From Tubiluchus corallicola (Eukaryota > Animalia > Priapulida), in NCBI GenBank assembly GCA_030141605.1, contig JAQGDQ010000049.1, forward strand, positions 248,001 through 312,000: a stretch of 64,000 nt of DNA. The letters run 5' to 3'. The notes beneath the pieces were generated by a model that saw nothing but the letters and a program-made list of their open reading frames with translations, did no database searches and was not told the origin of the DNA. Positions 1 through 13,170 of this stretch are shown here, piece after piece. Both the position numbers and the translations under genes were made by a program. Positions within the stretch are counted from its first letter, which is position 1. Each line of letters begins with the position of its first letter.

Positions 1-314
1 CAAATGTTTGTGGAAACGATTCTTGAACTTAACTGCATATTCCTTTTATGTATAGTGTCAAAGAAACCTCTATAGGTGCCAAGACCATTAGTGGTATTTT
101 GATTTCAAAATACTCTACAAGAACTATTGGTGGTATTTTGATTTCAAAGTACTCTACATGAGAACAACCACTAATTTGGAGGGTCTTGAAATTACAATGC
201 TAACTCGTATTATTGATACCTGCGTTTCCTTTGATGGCTAGGGTGCCGTTCTGTTCTGCAAAGTAGATTTTTTGACAAAACACACTCTTTACCTTGACGT
301 TTATATTTTTATAG

Positions 315-1260
315 TGCCACCGGAAGATGATGGAATAATACCAGAATTTGCAGCCCAGCCCACGATCTCATCAACAGAAGATAACAAAGAGCTGACTATA
401 GAGTGTTTAGTGAAAGCGAGTCCAAAACCCACAGCCAGTTGGATATTCGATGACAAAACGCTCTTTGACAAAGACAGACACAGGCTCTCCGTAACCTACA
501 GTGGAAACAATAAGTGGGCATGTCGATTAAAAATACAGGTATATACTTTTGTCCATCTAGCAGTCTTCTGCATGTGGCAAATGAATGACTGTGTTCCCCT
601 TTTTCACATATTTCCACCGGTTTCGAGGACCGTATTTTCGTATTCATTCTCCATACTTTCTCTTGGATCTGCTGTTTAACTTGCTACACTTGAAACAATA
701 CACTTGTTTCAAGAAACAAAATCCTCTGCTCTGAAAGAAGTAATCATTAAGTCTATAACTGTTGTACCTTCTAAAGCACTTTACTAAACAAATGCACATT
801 TGCTTGTGTTTTTTTTTCATCTAAAAGCATTTTAGCTATACTTTGCCAATTCACACAGAGTTTATTTCAAAAAGGCTTTTTTATTGACCTACATTCATTG
901 ACATTGAATATGATTCATTGAATGACCTACACTCATCCATTTTATTGACCCTATTGATTTACATACACCTGCTATATCTCATTTTCTTTCCTGGTTCAAT
1001 CTTCCCTTCTTCTCTAATCTAAGACTTCTTGAAGAGCAGTTATAATTCAAATGATGCGTAAGTTTATTGTTAGACATTAAATTTTTGCACGTTCAGTATC
1101 CGTACATATTATGTTTTTGAATCACCAATCAGTAAATTTTATGTTGTATTTCAACTATCGAATATTTCAGAACCCAGCAAAAGAGGACGGTGGACGATAC
1201 AAGTGCACAGCCAAGAACAAATGGGGATCCTGCTTTGGTAGTGTAACATTGCAGTTCTAA
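315..1260 (+). CDS. 3' end of an immunoglobulin I-set domain protein gene (titin/myopalladin-like domain); last two coding exons 315-538 and 1171-1260
   Basis: Exon 315-538 reads PEFAAQP..LTIECLVKASPKPTASW..RHRL..CRLKIQ (Ig B-strand Cys, C-strand Trp). After GT539..AG1170 the frame continues NPAKEDGGRYKCTAKNKWGSCFGSVTLQF* (DxGxYxC motif), stop TAA 1258-1260. AATAAA near 1821. Upstream exons lie outside the window. Confidence 0.85.
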
Positions 1261-1882
1261 ACTGTAGTCTACAACTCAAGGGTGTTTATTTTCTACTGCA
1301 TTATCATGAACTCTATCAGCCATTTCAGTACTAGGAATCTGTGAACAGGAATTACAGATATCCCAGCGTAATGTACAATTCAACGGTCTCTACATGCTAT
1401 AGGAAAGCACCAGAGAATGCTCTAAGCTTCTGTCTGTATTTAAGCCCTAGCACTCAATGGCTCAAACGTATACTTGAAAATAACTGGGAATGTGCATTCA
1501 AAAAGAACGAGGCTAAAAGTACAGGTTTGTCAATTAACCGTCACAATTCAATTATCACCAATTGAAGGGTATTTTCTGTAATTGTTTTGTCAGAATGAAT
1601 GACGACTCTGCCATTAAGAGTTACAGCAAATTACAGTAAATCATTGTTACTTAGTTTTAATGTGAAAGCAATTTTGCTTGGAGGAAAATCAAAATCATTG
1701 TACATGTATCTATTTATCAAAGAGTGGAACTTAGTCATAGATTTTCTGAAGAAATAATACATTATAATTTAAAATTGTGTGATATGTTGTTTACTGTTTT
1801 GTGAATTATATGGAATTATTAATAAAGATGTGGCTTGTTGTTATTGTTAGGAAAAATACCACTGTAAAACTGTTTCACTATA

Positions 1883-1976
1883 TGTGAGTGCGTGCGTGCA
1901 ACGTGTACGTGTGTGTGTGTGTGTGCATGCGTGAGTGTGGGTGTGAGTGTGAGCGTGTGCGTGTGCATGTGTGTGT
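1883..1976. repeat. Imperfect (TG)n/(TGCG)n microsatellite
   Basis: Run of tgtg/gcgt units visible directly. Confidence 0.9.
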
Positions 1977-2474
1977 CAAAATCTCAAGAAACATAATCAT
2001 AAATATAACGTGAACTTGTCAGTATTCACAATACAGAACTTAACGTTAATCACTAGTATACATGTTCCAAGTATCATTAATAAATATAAATGCGAATACT
2101 GACACTGTGAAATGGAAGGAAAAAAAACCTTTTACACACTGAAGTATTACAAATCGTCTACGGATATGACATTCTTTCTCAAGACCTTCATCGGACAAAC
2201 ACACAGGCCGTGTCCAACAAGTTAGTTACTGTACAGTTTAATAGATAGTACTGCCTTTGCAAGGTTCAGCATGTAAATCTTTCTATCTGCAAATAAGACC
2301 CTTGATCACTGGCCAATATAATACCAAACTGTGCTTTTATTACACATTAATATGTAAATAACACCAGACTCATAAAGCCCATAGCACAAGTACACTAAAA
2401 CTTAGCCAAATTCAATAGACCAAGCCGGAGTAGTACTGCAATTGGGTCAATAAAAAATATAGCCTAGAATAATA

Positions 2475-3534
2475 ATGTTCTGGTTCATCGCATTACAACT
2501 TATAAATACGGCACTCGCTTTGGATACAAGTAACTGGATGATGAATTTACCATACTCTGTAGCAGAGAAACCATTATCAGCAATAGCAATACCAGGTAAG
2601 CATGTTTACCAATGCTGCTGAATTTTCTTGTTTCACTAACCTAATCTGTTTCACAGAATCTACATTATCCATTTTTGCAGGCACACACGATACCTACACG
2701 TATGATATGTCCATGGAAATTGCAGATTTGGACGACCAACTAGAAGAACTTCTGGAGCTCCTCCCGGGAGACATTGTCATGAATGCCACATGGAACTACA
2801 AGGTCACACAGCGCATGAATGCAACAGAGCAACTAAATGCAGGTATTCGTTACTTCGATGTACGAACTGCTGGGAAGGACAATATCACAGACGAGTGGTA
2901 CATTTATCACGGTTTCTATGGCATAGAGGTAAAGAAAGTGATGATAGAAACAAGAGAATTTCTAGACTTGCACCAAAAAGAAGTGATAATTCTAGATTTT
3001 CAGCACTTTTTCAAAATCAATTCAGATGAGCATAAAAAGGTTAAACGTTTTCTGTTTGATACATTTAGTGATATCATGGTACCACGACCGGAAAATCATC
3101 TTGAAGAATTAACTCTGGCCAATATCTGGGCTCGGAAAAAACAAGTAATCGTGTTATACAACACAACAGAGACAGACAACCATCCGCTTTTGTGGCCTAG
3201 GGATGAATGGATCCACAATCCTTGGGCAAACACTCCTCACGTGCCAACTTTAATTGACTTTCTCAACGTACGTTATGAGGTCGACAGGCAGGACAACATG
3301 TTTAGTGTGACACAAGGTGTACTGACACCAAATATTGAGACTATAGTTACACAACCGCTGCGCAGTTTAGAGGACGTTCTGGCTTACAAATGTAATCAAG
3401 CTGTTTCAAGTTGGATGAAAAATAAAAATGCAGGACTTAAAGGGATCAACGTTGTGATAACAGATTATTCCGAATTTTCCGACATAAATTCTGTTATTCT
3501 TGCCTTGAATTACAGAGAATTTCGGATGTTATGA
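2475..3534 (+). CDS. PI-PLC X domain-containing protein (PLCXD-like), copy 1; exons 2475-2595, 2681-3534
   Basis: Exon 1 MFWFIALQLINTALALDTSNWMMNLP..PLSAIAIPG; phase-1 intron GT2596..AG2680; then GTHD (first catalytic His), QLNAGIRYFDVR, YHG (second His), EVIILDFQH, C-terminal INVVITDY. These are standard PLCXD/bacterial-type PI-PLC motifs. Confidence 0.92.
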
Positions 3535-3790
3535 ACAAGACCTAACTAGAAACAAGATTACGGCAGTCCTTTGATCGACACTGTACATCTTGTAAACTTA
3601 GTGCTAATCCAAACAGACATGTGTCAGATCTATGACATATTACTCTAAGTCAAATAATACTACAGAGTAAAAGTTCTAAAACTACGTACCAAACATACAA
3701 AGCAGTTCAATGCATGTATCACATGTAATTCAACTAAAGTACAATATAAGATGGTTTTTTGCTTCAAAGCGATAAATGAACTTGTTAAAA

Positions 3791-5192
3791 ATGGTGTGCG
3801 TAATCATGGCCAACTGTATACTTCAGTGGCTTACGTTAGCAGGAGTACATTGTGCAACCTGTGAAACATATAGTGAATGGATGACAGATTTACCAATTTC
3901 AAGAGCAAGCGAACCACTGGCATCACTTGCAATACCAGGTAATTGATGATGAGTTGATGGCGATGCTTTTGATACGTGTAGCTCAACATTTACTACTTCG
4001 GTTGTTCACTTGCTCTTTATGCATTTACTCAGTCTTGACTATCGCTTATGCTTTTCTCCTCTAAAATGGCCGTTGTTATTTTACACACTTTTTAAAGCCA
4101 TTCAGACCCGACGCTGGGGATGTTTCCTCAAGCAACAAGACATAACGTAGGTTATATGGAACTTCAAAAATGGATATTCAAAAAGGTAAAGCCAAGGCTT
4201 GAATAGCTACACTGCTATGCCAATCAAACCCGAAACTTACTATTATAGCCAACTAAAACACTATCAGGAGATGGTCTTTCAAACTTTAAGGCTATGTGTG
4301 TAGTCAAAAACAAACAAGATAAACTCATTCTTCTCTTATAGGCACTCATGATACATACACCTATAACTTGTCGAAAGAAATAGCTGATCTACATCCACTG
4401 CTACAAGAAATACTGGACTTATTTCCTGGGGATTTCGGAGTAAATGTTGCCTGGAATTACTCTGTCACTCAGCGAATGACTACAACGGAACAGTTAAATG
4501 CCGGAATTCGTTATTTTGATGTCAGAACAGCTGGAAAGGACAATATCACAGACGAGTGGTACATTTATCATGGTTTTTATGGAATAGAGATAAAGACGGT
4601 CATGAGAGAAACAAGAGAATTCTTAGACAAACACAAAAAGGAGGTAATTATTCTAGACTTCCAACATTTTTTCAAAATTGACCAAAATGAACACAAGAAC
4701 ATAAAACGCTTCCTATTTGCAACTTTTGGTGACATTATGGTTCCTCGGCCTAAAAACCACCTAGCCGAGCTTGCGCTAGCCAGCATATGGGCAGCTCACA
4801 AGCAGGTGATAGTTCTGTACCACACAGACGAGGCTTCAGATCATCCTCTCTTATGGCCGAGAGCAAAATACATTCATTCTCCCTGGGCGAACACCCCATA
4901 TGTGCCAAACTTACTGGACTATCTTCAAAGAAGATACAGTGTAGATAGGCAGGATAACAAATTCGGAGTTACACAATGTGTGTTGACGCCTAATGTGGAA
5001 ACAATAGTAACTAACCCACTACGAAGCCTAGAAGAAGTTCTGGCACGCAAAGGTAACTTGGCTGTTTCAGAGTGGCTGAAAAACAAAAACGGTGGTCTAA
5101 AAGGCATCAATGTGGTTATTACTGACTTTAGTGAATTCTCAGACGCCATAAGTGCTGTTCTTGCACTAAATTACAGAGAATTTATCAACTAA
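3791..5192 (+). CDS. PI-PLC X domain-containing protein (PLCXD-like), copy 2; exons 3791-3938, 4342-5192
   Basis: Exon 1 MVCVIMANCILQWLTLAGVHCATCETYSEWMTDLP..PLASLAIPG; intron at the same position as copy 1 (GT3939..AG4341); GTHD, GIRYFDVR, YHG, LDFQH, INVVITDF. Confidence 0.92.
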
Positions 5193-5957
5193 ATCACGAG
5201 TTCTGTGATCAAAAATATACATCAATGATAAAATAGCATGCTCAAGTTGCAATATGCATAAAACATCTTTGCTATTGCAATCTTAGTAGTAAGCTACAGT
5301 CAAATAACTAAAAATTAAAAAATAGAAGTAAATATTATAGTACTGAGCGATTTCTTAAACAAAGCTGCACAAACCAAAGGTAGAACATATGTATGCATTT
5401 TATGACTAAAAAAAGGAAAACGTTAACATGTTAACATTTTTCTAGTAAAGAAGTCTAACAAGACAAGTTATTACAGATATCGTACTTCTTTGTATTAACC
5501 AGAAGACATAATTGTTATACTGAAATTAAATATAAATATTCATTATTTTTGTAAGGAATTTATATATTGGTTAATATATATAATATGAAGTTAGCAAAAT
5601 GACTGAAAAACCTAATTAGCTTTTGGCTAGTGAAAATCCCAAACAAAAGCTTTCAATTTAACGAAATTATTTGCACCAAAACACCTGGCTAAATCTGGTG
5701 AACTGTGTTTGTTCAATCACGGTTTAGTAAATATTAAACACACGGCATCATTCACATTATAATTCATTGGTCACTACTGATTTGAAAGTAAATGCAAGTA
5801 TGATAAACACCAGAGGAAATGAACTTTGAGTTAAAGCAAATTGCTATCATTGCAAATTACATAGTTGAAGGCATCGCAATATGGAGGATATGAAATTCTA
5901 AGACGTACAGCACAGTGACATCTGCATATGAATCACTGCGAAAAGCATTGAAAGAAA

Positions 5958-7382
5958 ATGGTTGGTCAAAGTTTCATGATGTCATGTAGAACCACAGCAA
6001 TGTGTCTGCTCTTGTGCAATGTGGTGATGTCGGTTGAGAAAAACTTTCCACAGAATCCGGATTGGATGGCTAATCTTCCAAACTCAAGAGCAAATCTACC
6101 ACTTTCTGCAATTGCAATGCCAGGTAATGAATTTGGAAGTTAGTCTTGAAAAATGATTGTTGCCATGTCTGATAATATTACACTGAATAAGTCAGCTTGC
6201 AAATCTAATTACAGTTATCATTACTGAAATTGCCCAGGAGCTTGAACAGCTTATTTGACAAAACAACTTGCAATAAAATTAAATGGCAACTAGTTCTGTT
6301 ATTTTGCATTCAAATGAAAAACTTTCTACAAAGCAACCCTTTCTGATATTCAAAACTATTCAAAACCACAAGATGCCATGTGGAAGAACGTTCTTGTTTA
6401 GAATCTACATTTTGTAAATAAGAAATATGACATTTGGCCTCAGATCTCTGTTGTGTTCCAAGTCTTCCTGTACACTTGCAGAATGGATTAACAAGTAAGT
6501 ATTCTCATAAAAAAATAAGCACCTCATTATATAACTGTTTTTACAGGAACACATGACGCATATGCATATAATTTAACAAAAGAGATTGCAGACATAAACG
6601 AACTCTTGCAACAAATCATTGAACTATTTCCTGGCGACTTTGGACTAAATGTCGCATGGCGGTACTCCGTCACACAAAAAATGACAGCAGCCGAACAATT
6701 AGTTGCCGGTGTTCGTTATTTTGATATCCGTACAGCAGGAAAAGACAATATAACAGATGATTGGTTTGTTTATCATGGGTTTTATGGTGCAGAAATAAAG
6801 ACAATCATGAGAGAAACTCGGCAATTCCTTGACGAACATAGAAAAGAAATTGTGTTGTTAGATTTTTGTTGTTTTTTTAAAATTGATGCTACTGAGCACA
6901 GAAATGTCATAAGATTTCTGTTGGAAACATTCTCGGACATAATGCTGCCTCAGCCTACTAATCATTTGAATGAAAGCACTGTAGCTGACATATGGTTACA
7001 ACAAAAGCAAGTAATTGTATTTTATCCGGAAGAACACACACAAGGTAACAGGTTATTTTGGCCAAGAAACTACATTACGGGCGGATGGGCAAACACGATC
7101 GAGGTCCCCGAACTAATCGAGTATGTAGAGAGACGATATGGAAATGACAGAAATGACAACCAGTTTGCGACCACTGGTGCCAATCTGACTCCAAATGCTG
7201 AGGCCATAGTAACAAATCCACTGCGAAGTCTTGAGACGTCATTAACATACAAAGCCAATTTAGCATTTTCCAGTTGGTTGAAGAACAAGAAGGCGGGCCT
7301 GTCTGGTATCAACGTTGCCCAATTCGACTTTATCGAGTTTGGCGATGGTATTGACACTGTAATAAACTTGAACTATCAGTAA
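5958..7382 (+). CDS. PI-PLC X domain-containing protein (PLCXD-like), copy 3; exons 5958-6123, 6547-7382
   Basis: Exon 1 ..MCLLLCNVVMSVEKNFPQNPDWMANLP..PLSAIAMPG; GT6124..AG6546; GTHD, GVRYFDIR, YHG, INVAQFDF. Start Met uncertain (several in-frame ATGs). Confidence 0.9.
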
Positions 7383-8215
7383 GCTATTCAAATACATTTA
7401 ACAAACCTTATCTATTCAGATCTTACTTTTACAGGCATGTATCCATTTACCAAGTAAGTGCTTAACATAAAACTGTCAAATGCGCATACAGACATATTTG
7501 CAATTTTAACAACACCTTTGTTATTACATACATAATATTATAATTCAGCAGATGGAAACAGAAAAATTCGAAACACAGATAAAGATAGAGATACAGACAC
7601 ATATGCTTAGCACTATGTATGCTTTTATAAAATTTTGAATTTTTGACTTGATTCGACACACTAACTGAGAGTGCAGCAAAATGTTATAACATGAAAGTGC
7701 TGGGTGTAAAATGACCTTTCAACGATCTTGTGCAAGCACCATTTTGTCAATAACCCAGTGGCGAACTGAAGACATGACAACGTGTCTATCCTTGCTTGTT
7801 TCCCCAAAGATTTAACTCGCAATAGTAAAATCTATTCATATATATGAAAGATTTCAACTTTAGACAAAACTAAACTAGAATAAAGATGTTATAATTTTTA
7901 GTTACAATGAATTATGTAGACTTATGAATTTGCGCAGTAGTTTTCCATTGTATATCTACTCATACTCATCTGTGGTAAGCTTCGTCGTACGTCTATTCAA
8001 CTTATGGCATAATTCTCATCATGTATTTCTTATAAATGTAATGTGTAAAGCCAGCAGTGATATTTTTAAGTAAAAAACCTTAATCATGTACCTGATCATC
8101 ATTTAAAAAAAAATTACAACAATTACGTAAAACCAAAGTTATTACACAGCTCAATGATTAGTACATAAGTTAAGTGCAAGTGAATTGCCATAAGGCACAC
8201 CAGTTGTAACCACCG

Positions 8216-10117
8216 TTATAAGAATGTTAAAAATTCTTTGAATTTTTGTACAGCTTTACTGCGATGTGATATCGCATTTTTTGTCTCAGCTGTAAGCTGA
8301 GCATACGTTTCACTATACCCATCCGGCTGAAAACAGGAATCCCAACCAAAACCTCCACTCCCTGCAGGAATGACAATGTGCCCTTCTGTTCTTCCCACAA
8401 ACAGTTTCACTTCATCCTCCGGGCTGCCCGAAGAAAAAGCAATGGTGCACAGGGCATAAGCGCTTTTGTCCTCAAAACCAGCCAACAGTCTAGAAAAGTA
8501 TAAGAATATTAACTAATATTAAATGGGATATTAAATCCTAAATTCAGCTAACTAATTTTTTTACGCCAGCTCTTCTATATTTACAAATTGTTCCCATTTT
8601 CCAAAAAACTTACATGGAAGAACACAGTTTAAAAAATACCAGCATGCCTAATGCCTAAAAAATTAATATAATTGCTTTAAGTGCATGAAGTGTGTGCCAA
8701 TTAAGTTTTTCTATTTTAATAAAAGCATCACTGTTAAACAGCACAAGTAATATGTAAAAAAGATAAGTATCACTAGTAAAAAAGCACAATTTTATGTCGC
8801 ATGTTACATTCATGTTAGAAGCAAGACCAAACCATAGTAGGAGTTGAAATTCAAATATCAAATACTCTCTACATTAAGGAACTGTTTGCAAGCACATGTC
8901 ATCCAAGATATCAAATATGGTAATTATTAAGACCAGACTGAACCTGTTGAGTGTGGAATATTGGGTTTAGAGCTTGAGCCAAACATGCTACAGGAATAAA
9001 TCTAAAAACTGGCTTTTGGAACATTGAATATTAAACTAAAAGTACAAGCATAGCCTCAATACCATTTCTAGCAAAACTTCAAGAAGCACATTCTGAAGTA
9101 ATATTTCCACTTATTACGTAAAATAATCAAGCAATTATGCAATTGGGCAGGTCTAATGTTTCCCTGTGAATGTAGTTTTCTGATCGTGCAACCATTCCAT
9201 CCTCGTTTTTACATGTACAATTTTAATGCTTTTAGATAATAAAAATATCAAAATATACAAATGGCATTCACCATTTTTTTCAAGCTAAAGAGAAATCGTA
9301 CAATAAAATACAGTTTAGCACTTACTTAGGCAAACCATCGGGTCCAATTTTGTCAAGAAACCATTTGATGTAAGGTCCTGGTAGTCCACCAAAAGCATTG
9401 AAGCAAAGACTACAGTCTTCAACAAAACACGGTTGCCTCAGCTGTGTAACAGCAGACTTACACTTTAGTTTAGCTATTTCTAAAGGATCACCTTGGTACT
9501 CAGGAAGGTCGACATTTGCATGGCAAATCTGCAGTAGACATAATTCAATCGCTTTGATAGACAATAAAAACTATTTAAAATATATAACTATTATTATGTA
9601 CTTATATATAAAAAGAGTTCGGTCTCAAAAGAGAAAATTTTTGAAAATTTTTATCTAACTAATTTCAATATCTCAATAATGTCAAAAAATTTCTGATCAC
9701 AAAGCATTATCAAGATCCTCAAACTTTTATATGAGACATTGTAGCACCTTCAGAAGCCAGGCTGCAATGGTTGTTAGTACAGTCAGGCATGCACTCCCAG
9801 AAGTAATGTCAACAATAGAACAGCTGTTTGGAAATCTGTGTCTTAGAATAAACCGATATATCACCTCATTGATACTTCTATTTATTGTAAGTTTGATTAA
9901 CAATTTTCTATAAATATACCTGCAGTTTCAATCAAAAGTCTGTGAACAACTGCCAGCAAATAAATATTTAAGCACTATTTACTGTCTCTTAATTTACATC
10001 TACTTTTATAATACATACTTCAATTTTTTCGACATTTCCAAGAATCTGGCCCAATTCTCTAACTTTGTTCAAGTTACCAGTAACACAGAAGATCTTTTGT
10101 ATTGTTCCAGATGCCAT
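8216..10117 (-). CDS. ITPA: Inosine triphosphate pyrophosphatase (Ham1 family); exons 10117-10019, 9528-9326, 8489-8216 (about 191 aa)
   Basis: Spliced product [90 protein letters not shown]; GT-AG boundaries phase-compatible. Confidence 0.95.
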
Positions 10118-10451
10118 TCAATCTGTAGAAAAAGCCTTCTTAAAGACAAACAGTTTTCAATGGTGAAAACACCTTTGCTGATATTCTTGTACAACGTATA
10201 ATACAATATGGATATAGTGTGAATCATAACTAATAAGTCATTTATTTCACATTACACATTTACAATGATTTCGTGTACAATATCTAGTGAAAGGGCCTAC
10301 AATGAACATAATACAAATAAGAAATACTGCACAAGAAAAGCCTCAAACACTGTTCACCTATATTGGAAACAAAAAGCAGGGCTTGTTAGATTGTCCCACA
10401 CAGTGAAAGAAAAAAGAAAGTAATGGAAATAATCTGAAAATTTAAGTGAAT

Positions 10452-10841
10452 CTAGTGTAGATCTGGATCCAGATCAGTAATGGGCAGAGAGTCGAATATG
10501 TCATTTCTTTCAAATAAATTTAAATTAAGTAATTTATTGTCTATTATAGATCCAATATAAGAATACCTAGTGATTAATTTGAATTCATCGTCATTAGTGA
10601 TATTGTTAAAGGGCAGAATAGTTTGCAGACAAAAGTGACAGAACCAATTATCATTCTTGTCAGTTAAATTGTTGTAATTGGTCAAAGTTAAATTTGTACA
10701 TTTAAGATGCATCCAATGTTCACAGCAGTTGCAAAACAGTCCAAGTTGGTTATTTTTAACTGATTTAGTGCATGATGAACAGGCAAATTTAGGCATTATT
10801 CTCACGTTCCTGGAGTAATATGCACATGTCGATATGACCAT
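10452..10841 (-). pseudogene. PHD-finger ORF of the retroelement (truncated ORF2 N-terminus)
   Basis: C4HC3 pattern followed by LPF and DLDPD, as found ahead of the endonuclease in many invertebrate CR1/L2 elements. Confidence 0.7.
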
Positions 10842-13170
10842 GATTACTGATGATGAAAATGATGTAATATGATAAAAATAAAATTAATGGGTATGGATTC
10901 AGAAGTAAAAAAAATGTAGGCATATGTGATGATCAGGAGTTGAAGTGTTTACATGAAATAGCCATAAATGATAATGTTTAAAAATCTCGACTCATAAATT
11001 TAATGTCATTACTATTATACAATATTGTTTAAGGCCAAAACAGAAAACTTAACGAGAAACGTGTACGTATAAAAACATAAAAAAATCATCTAAACAGCAC
11101 AGTCTACCTATAAAATATTTGTACAAGTGCACGTACAAGCTCGCACACGTGCACACTCACACAATTAAAACCCGCTCCGCTCTCCTCACATCCTCAGCCA
11201 CACGCTCTCGCACATGTACGAGCTGTACACGCACACGAGCATTTAAGTTTCAACATAATTATAGAATTTGCAAGTAACTTATATGTAAATGTATAAACAG
11301 TACAATGTTTTTCAATGTATTAATCTTTTACGAAAGTGTATACTGCATAACGAACTACAAAACCGGTAATAGTAATCAAATACATTCAAATGATCAAGCA
11401 TTCACTAAGATTTTTGCACTCACACAAAATTTTTTTTGCTTATTCAATTGTTCAGGGAATCACTAGAAATATGCACGCATACACGTGGATACAAGGACAT
11501 ATAATTTGACTAATCAAAACGCACACAGTTACTGATAATCATGCACCGATTTAATGAAATGAAACCTTCGCGGATCAAGGGACTTTCCCGTTAGAATCAG
11601 AGTTAACATGACATTGATACACACAACAATTGTACAGTAATGTTCAGTGTGTACTAATCAGGTTTAGCAAAATAGGGTGCTTTACTGTTGCATATACCTA
11701 AATGTTCAGTGCTTAATCGATAAATTATAAAATGTGAAACAGAATTTGCATAAAAATAAGCTATACTATAGACGTATGACGGGGTAATACGTTTAAGTTA
11801 AAGAAAATAAGGAATATAATGTTATACTATTACACCCGAGAAACTATAGAATCATAGGATACGAAACGATAAACAGAAACAAAATGTGATGGCATTACAA
11901 CCGCGCAAACCCATTCAATTACAGATTGTTTGTCAATCGGACAAAAGGTAAAGGTCATACTGTATGAATAGCAAAACGAGAACACAAGAACCAACGGTCC
12001 GAACAAAAACGTGAACAAAGTCACGTGCGCCAAAAATACAATTAATGGAAACTACTACAAAAAGAAACTCTTCAAGTTTGAAACAAAGACTGTAACTGTA
12101 GATCAATTCATGAAAACTAATGTATTTTTATATTCACGAAAATATGAAAATAATCTGTAATTATGTAGTAAAGCGTGTATTATTATGTAGAATATTTAAA
12201 GGATAAATGTGACAAAACACATGACTAGTATATAACAAGAAGAAGTGGATTAAATTAAAAATGCGACTGGCTTGCGAAATTTGCACCACTTGGAAGGATA
12301 GGCATAATTATCAAAATTAATTGCTGCAAGTCATAAGTCGCGTGGACATAGACCTAAACTCCAGTAGCAGTAAGAAAGTATATATACAACTAGTAAGCAT
12401 AGGTTATATTATACCAAGTACAAAATGAGATACAATCACCACCGGGTTATCCAATATTACAGTAGAATAACGAAAAACCCGTTTAAGGGATTATACGCCT
12501 TATCATGTGTTGCAGAAGATTGGACTAAAACTAAATTAACCTTTAAGTAGTGACTCAAAAATGTAAATTATTAATAAATGCCTCACATACACATGTGTAG
12601 CTAATAGTATAATATTAGACATAGAAAAAATTGTGCAAATTTAAAGGGTTATAGACCCATCAGTGACAAAAAAAGGGAAAAATTACAGACGTACTTTATT
12701 AAATAGGAGCTCGACTATAGGTGTAATAACTCAATCGCGTATTTAACTAAGATTTAGACAGCTTTAAAAATTTTGTTGAAACAGACCCAAATGCCTCAAA
12801 CACTAAATTGAGTACTCAAATTAACAGACTATCCGTGTATCGCTTAACAAATTTTAATCCGAGCAGTTTAAATACAAACAAACCTTTTACAATTCCACAG
12901 GGTAGTTCCAAAGCGTGTGGATTAAAAAAAACCTATATGATTCAAGTAATAAATTAAATAATTTGACTGTGGTTGTATAACGCGACCGCACATTCTACAT
13001 TATGGTAGACTTTGAATAATTGGAAAGAAAATAGTTGGGACAAAACACCAAGAGATTGTAAGCTGATCAAACGAGTATGGGTAAATGTATTACCAATAAC
13101 TGGAACCAAAAATTAACTTTACCTAACATGATAAAATTAAAACGATCTTACAGTTACATCAGGTTGCATC

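Noticed and set aside
86-160. Short ~40-bp direct repeat in the Ig gene intron
   Set aside because: Simple local duplication with no sign of function
2602-2680. ATG 2602 as start of PLCXD copy 1
   Set aside because: Lies in an 85-nt intron; paralogs splice at the same IPG|THD position
2475-7382. Recent horizontal transfer of bacterial PI-PLC
   Set aside because: Motifs and the IPG|THD intron fit the animal PLCXD family; composition matches the host; HGT cannot be argued without a phylogeny
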